From positions 10,106,001-10,170,000 of the forward strand of contig CM022677.1 of assembly GCA_012295275.1 (NCBI GenBank): a stretch of DNA of 64,000 nucleotides. Direction: 5' to 3'. This DNA comes from Chrysomallon squamiferum (Eukaryota; Animalia; Mollusca). This document shows, piece by piece, positions 61,438-64,000 of this stretch (positions are counted from its first letter, which is position 1; every line of letters starts with the position of its first letter). Under the pieces are notes generated by a model. It searched no databases. It was not told where the DNA came from and saw nothing but the letters and a program-made list of their open reading frames with translations. Both the position numbers and the translations under genes were made by a program.

Positions 61438-62437
61438 TATTTTATTAGGTTTCGTGATGACCTGAACAGAACTTTATTACCCCCCCCAGGCCATAGTCCA
61501 CAGCATTTAAGGATATTTACCAGTTGATATATTTATGATAAGAAGGATGATTTTTGAAAATGTAAATAAGTACAAAAATATACAATATCAGCCAGAGAAT
61601 TTGAAAGTATTTGTAATTAAACTACAGGAACAAACAAAGGTTTTCTATGAACACCAGCTTTTCTTGTTTAGAGATAAATCATTTGATTATGTCAGACAGA
61701 TTAAAAACGATATTTACCTTCTAAAAAAAAAAAAAAGAAAGAAAAAAAAAGCCTACATGTTACAAAGCAAATTTCTATTCCATGTACCGGCCTTTAGAAG
61801 TCGATGTCTGTTATCTATTCTATTTCTGTTTTTTTCTTTTTTTTTTTTTTTTTTTTTTTCTGTTCTTTCTTTCTTTTTGATCTTCACTGATTACCAAATT
61901 AGGCCTTGTTTCCGTGTTTAGCGCGAGATCTGTTTTCTGTCTTGCGAAATGTTAATTTACTGCGATGTTCACGAGTAACTTCCTCATAGTGTTCACCGTG
62001 GCGTTAAGTTGTTCTTGTGAAAAAAGATTCACTTGTCTATATCTGAAATAAAAGTCGTGAATGTTTGTTTGTTTCAATTTTCTCTCTAATTAAATAATCA
62101 GCCTGATGTACATTTCATCTATCTGCATATTTAAAACTAGAAAAATCAAGATTTGTAATTTTTCTCTAATACAACATAATGACTTACTCGCATGTGGTCG
62201 AATTCCCAGTTGTAGATAATCAACAACAGACACTGTTGAGTAGTTTCACTGCTGATATACGTACATGTTGTAATCTCAGTCGTGAAACTTTCCAGATTCG
62301 TTGGAAAATATTATTACTGTCTGTTAATAATCTGAGAGTTCCATGTTCAACGGATTTGTCATTACATTTGCTTGCAACTCATTAAAAGTATCAAGATGTG
62401 GACAGCTGTGATATAATAATGTTAGATGTGTTTCTGC

Positions 62438-62938
62438 TGCCTCAGAGACATCGAGACCTGGATGCATTGCAACAAGATGAAGCTGAATGCTGACAAGACT
62501 GAAGTGATGTTCACTTCTGGATATAACTCAAAGACGTTGACCCAGTACCAGTTACTGTGGGTGATGCCTCATTAACTCTGCAATCAGAGAATTCATTAAG
62601 ATGACTTCCTGCAGACAGAGATGTTTCAGTTATGCTGCACTGACTCTGTGGAACTCAAGGAACATCAGAGAGGCTGAACATTCAAAAACCTGTAAACCAA
62701 TTTCTTTCAAGTCCAGTTTGTTAATATATAGTTATGTTTTGTTTTTCCAATTTTTAAAATATGACTCATTTATTTTACCGCCATTTTAACATGTTCACCA
62801 TTACGTTTATATTTATTTTAATATATTTATGTTCATGTCTTTTTATATTTTAGTTTATTAGTTTGAACTGTAAGACACCTTTGAACTTACTTAGTATTGA
62901 ACAAAAGTTGCTATATAAATTTAATAATAATAATTTAA

Positions 62939-63001
<63 letters not shown>
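62438..63001 (+). mobile_element. 3' remnant of an L2/CR1-clade LINE
   Basis: CLRDIETWMHCNKMKLNADKTEVM (post-RT motif), then RCFSYAALTLWNS (C-terminal motif), TGTAAGACAC...GCTATATAAAT end and (TAA)n tail; large internal deletion. Confidence 0.8.
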
Positions 63002-63003
<2 letters not shown>

Positions 63004-64000
63004 CAGGATCTTTCAAATTAATTTAGAACTGTTTTAATAAACATATATTTAAAATTATTTCTAACCTCAAGGCAAATACGACAAAATTAAAAATAATATT
63101 TCTGATATTTCAGTTGTTTAGTAGCAGAATTTGATGCTTTCCAAGGCTGTATATGATCAAATATAAAAGTACTTTTGTATTTCACTTCTTCTTTAAGAAA
63201 TATTTGCTTTTAATTTATTTTTTTATAATAATTTAATTTGACTCTTTTCAAAAGCAAATTAAAATTCAATGTTTGGTCTGAAAATCATTCAGGCAATGTT
63301 GTTGATAGTTCTTCACAGAAGATATGTATTTTTTGAAATCATATGGTAATTTTATGAAATTAAGTTTATACTTATTAAAAGAATAATAATGTGTAATAGT
63401 TTCAATGGTATGTTTTTATTTTTTAACAGAAAATGTCTAAGACTTGCTATCTGAATATTTTGTACATTAACTTTCTGTTACATTTCTCACAAATCAATTT
63501 TTTTATTATTTTAATTTTTGTGAAAGATGCAAATATACAATTTTTACTTATTATGATTGGAATATATACTTGATAGATTTTGAAATAAGTTTTATTGATG
63601 ACATATCTTAAAGAGACTAAATTGTTTTGTTTCAGTCATTGTTTTTAGATACATCTGTTCAGTGTTTTAAACCTAATTTGTTTTTTCCTTTAGAAAGAAA
63701 TATCATTTTCCAAGACTTTTAAGTACAGAAATACATCAGAAAGATGAAAAAACAAAGAGCACATCAAGTAACTAAGTTTTATATTAATATTTACAGTGTG
63801 TTCAATCTAGAATTAAAATAATTAAGAAAGGATAAAAACGAAAAAAGATAACAGGTAGAAACTGTGGTTAATGTAAATCAGGTAATTAAGTTCTTTATTA
63901 AACTTTATGTTGTATTCAGTCTGTCTGTGTTTGAGTGTCTCTCTGTGCATGCCTATGTTTTTGTGTTTGTGTGTGTGTCTGTGTGTGTGTGTGTATGTGT

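Noticed and set aside
60921-61448. 175-aa ORF / CRISPR-like periodicity
   Set aside because: Pure tandem minisatellite with no unique spacers, no cas genes and a eukaryotic context

Overview
AT-rich animal genomic DNA dense in microsatellites (probably an invertebrate such as a mollusc; inference). The left third holds a minus-strand, intron-rich sulfide:quinone oxidoreductase gene (SQOR/SQRDL). Seven constitutive coding exons run from the ATG at 20817 down to 7836 and include one GC-AG intron. They are followed by three paralogous, frame-equivalent versions of the next exon (6445-6515, 3234-3301, 2690-2757), which look like a mutually exclusive exon cluster. A ~34-bp long-range inverted repeat inside the 8b-8c intron, and a second intronic element complementary to the end of exon 7, suggest RNA-structure control of exon choice. 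The final SQOR exons (YDGYTSCP with the second catalytic Cys) were not found and presumably lie beyond the left edge. I recognised no host gene in the remaining ~43 kb. It contains a deleted hAT (Buster/Charlie-type) element, an L2/CR1 LINE 3' end, small MITE/SINE remnants, minisatellites and CpG-retaining patches with a recurring AGCAGACGA motif.
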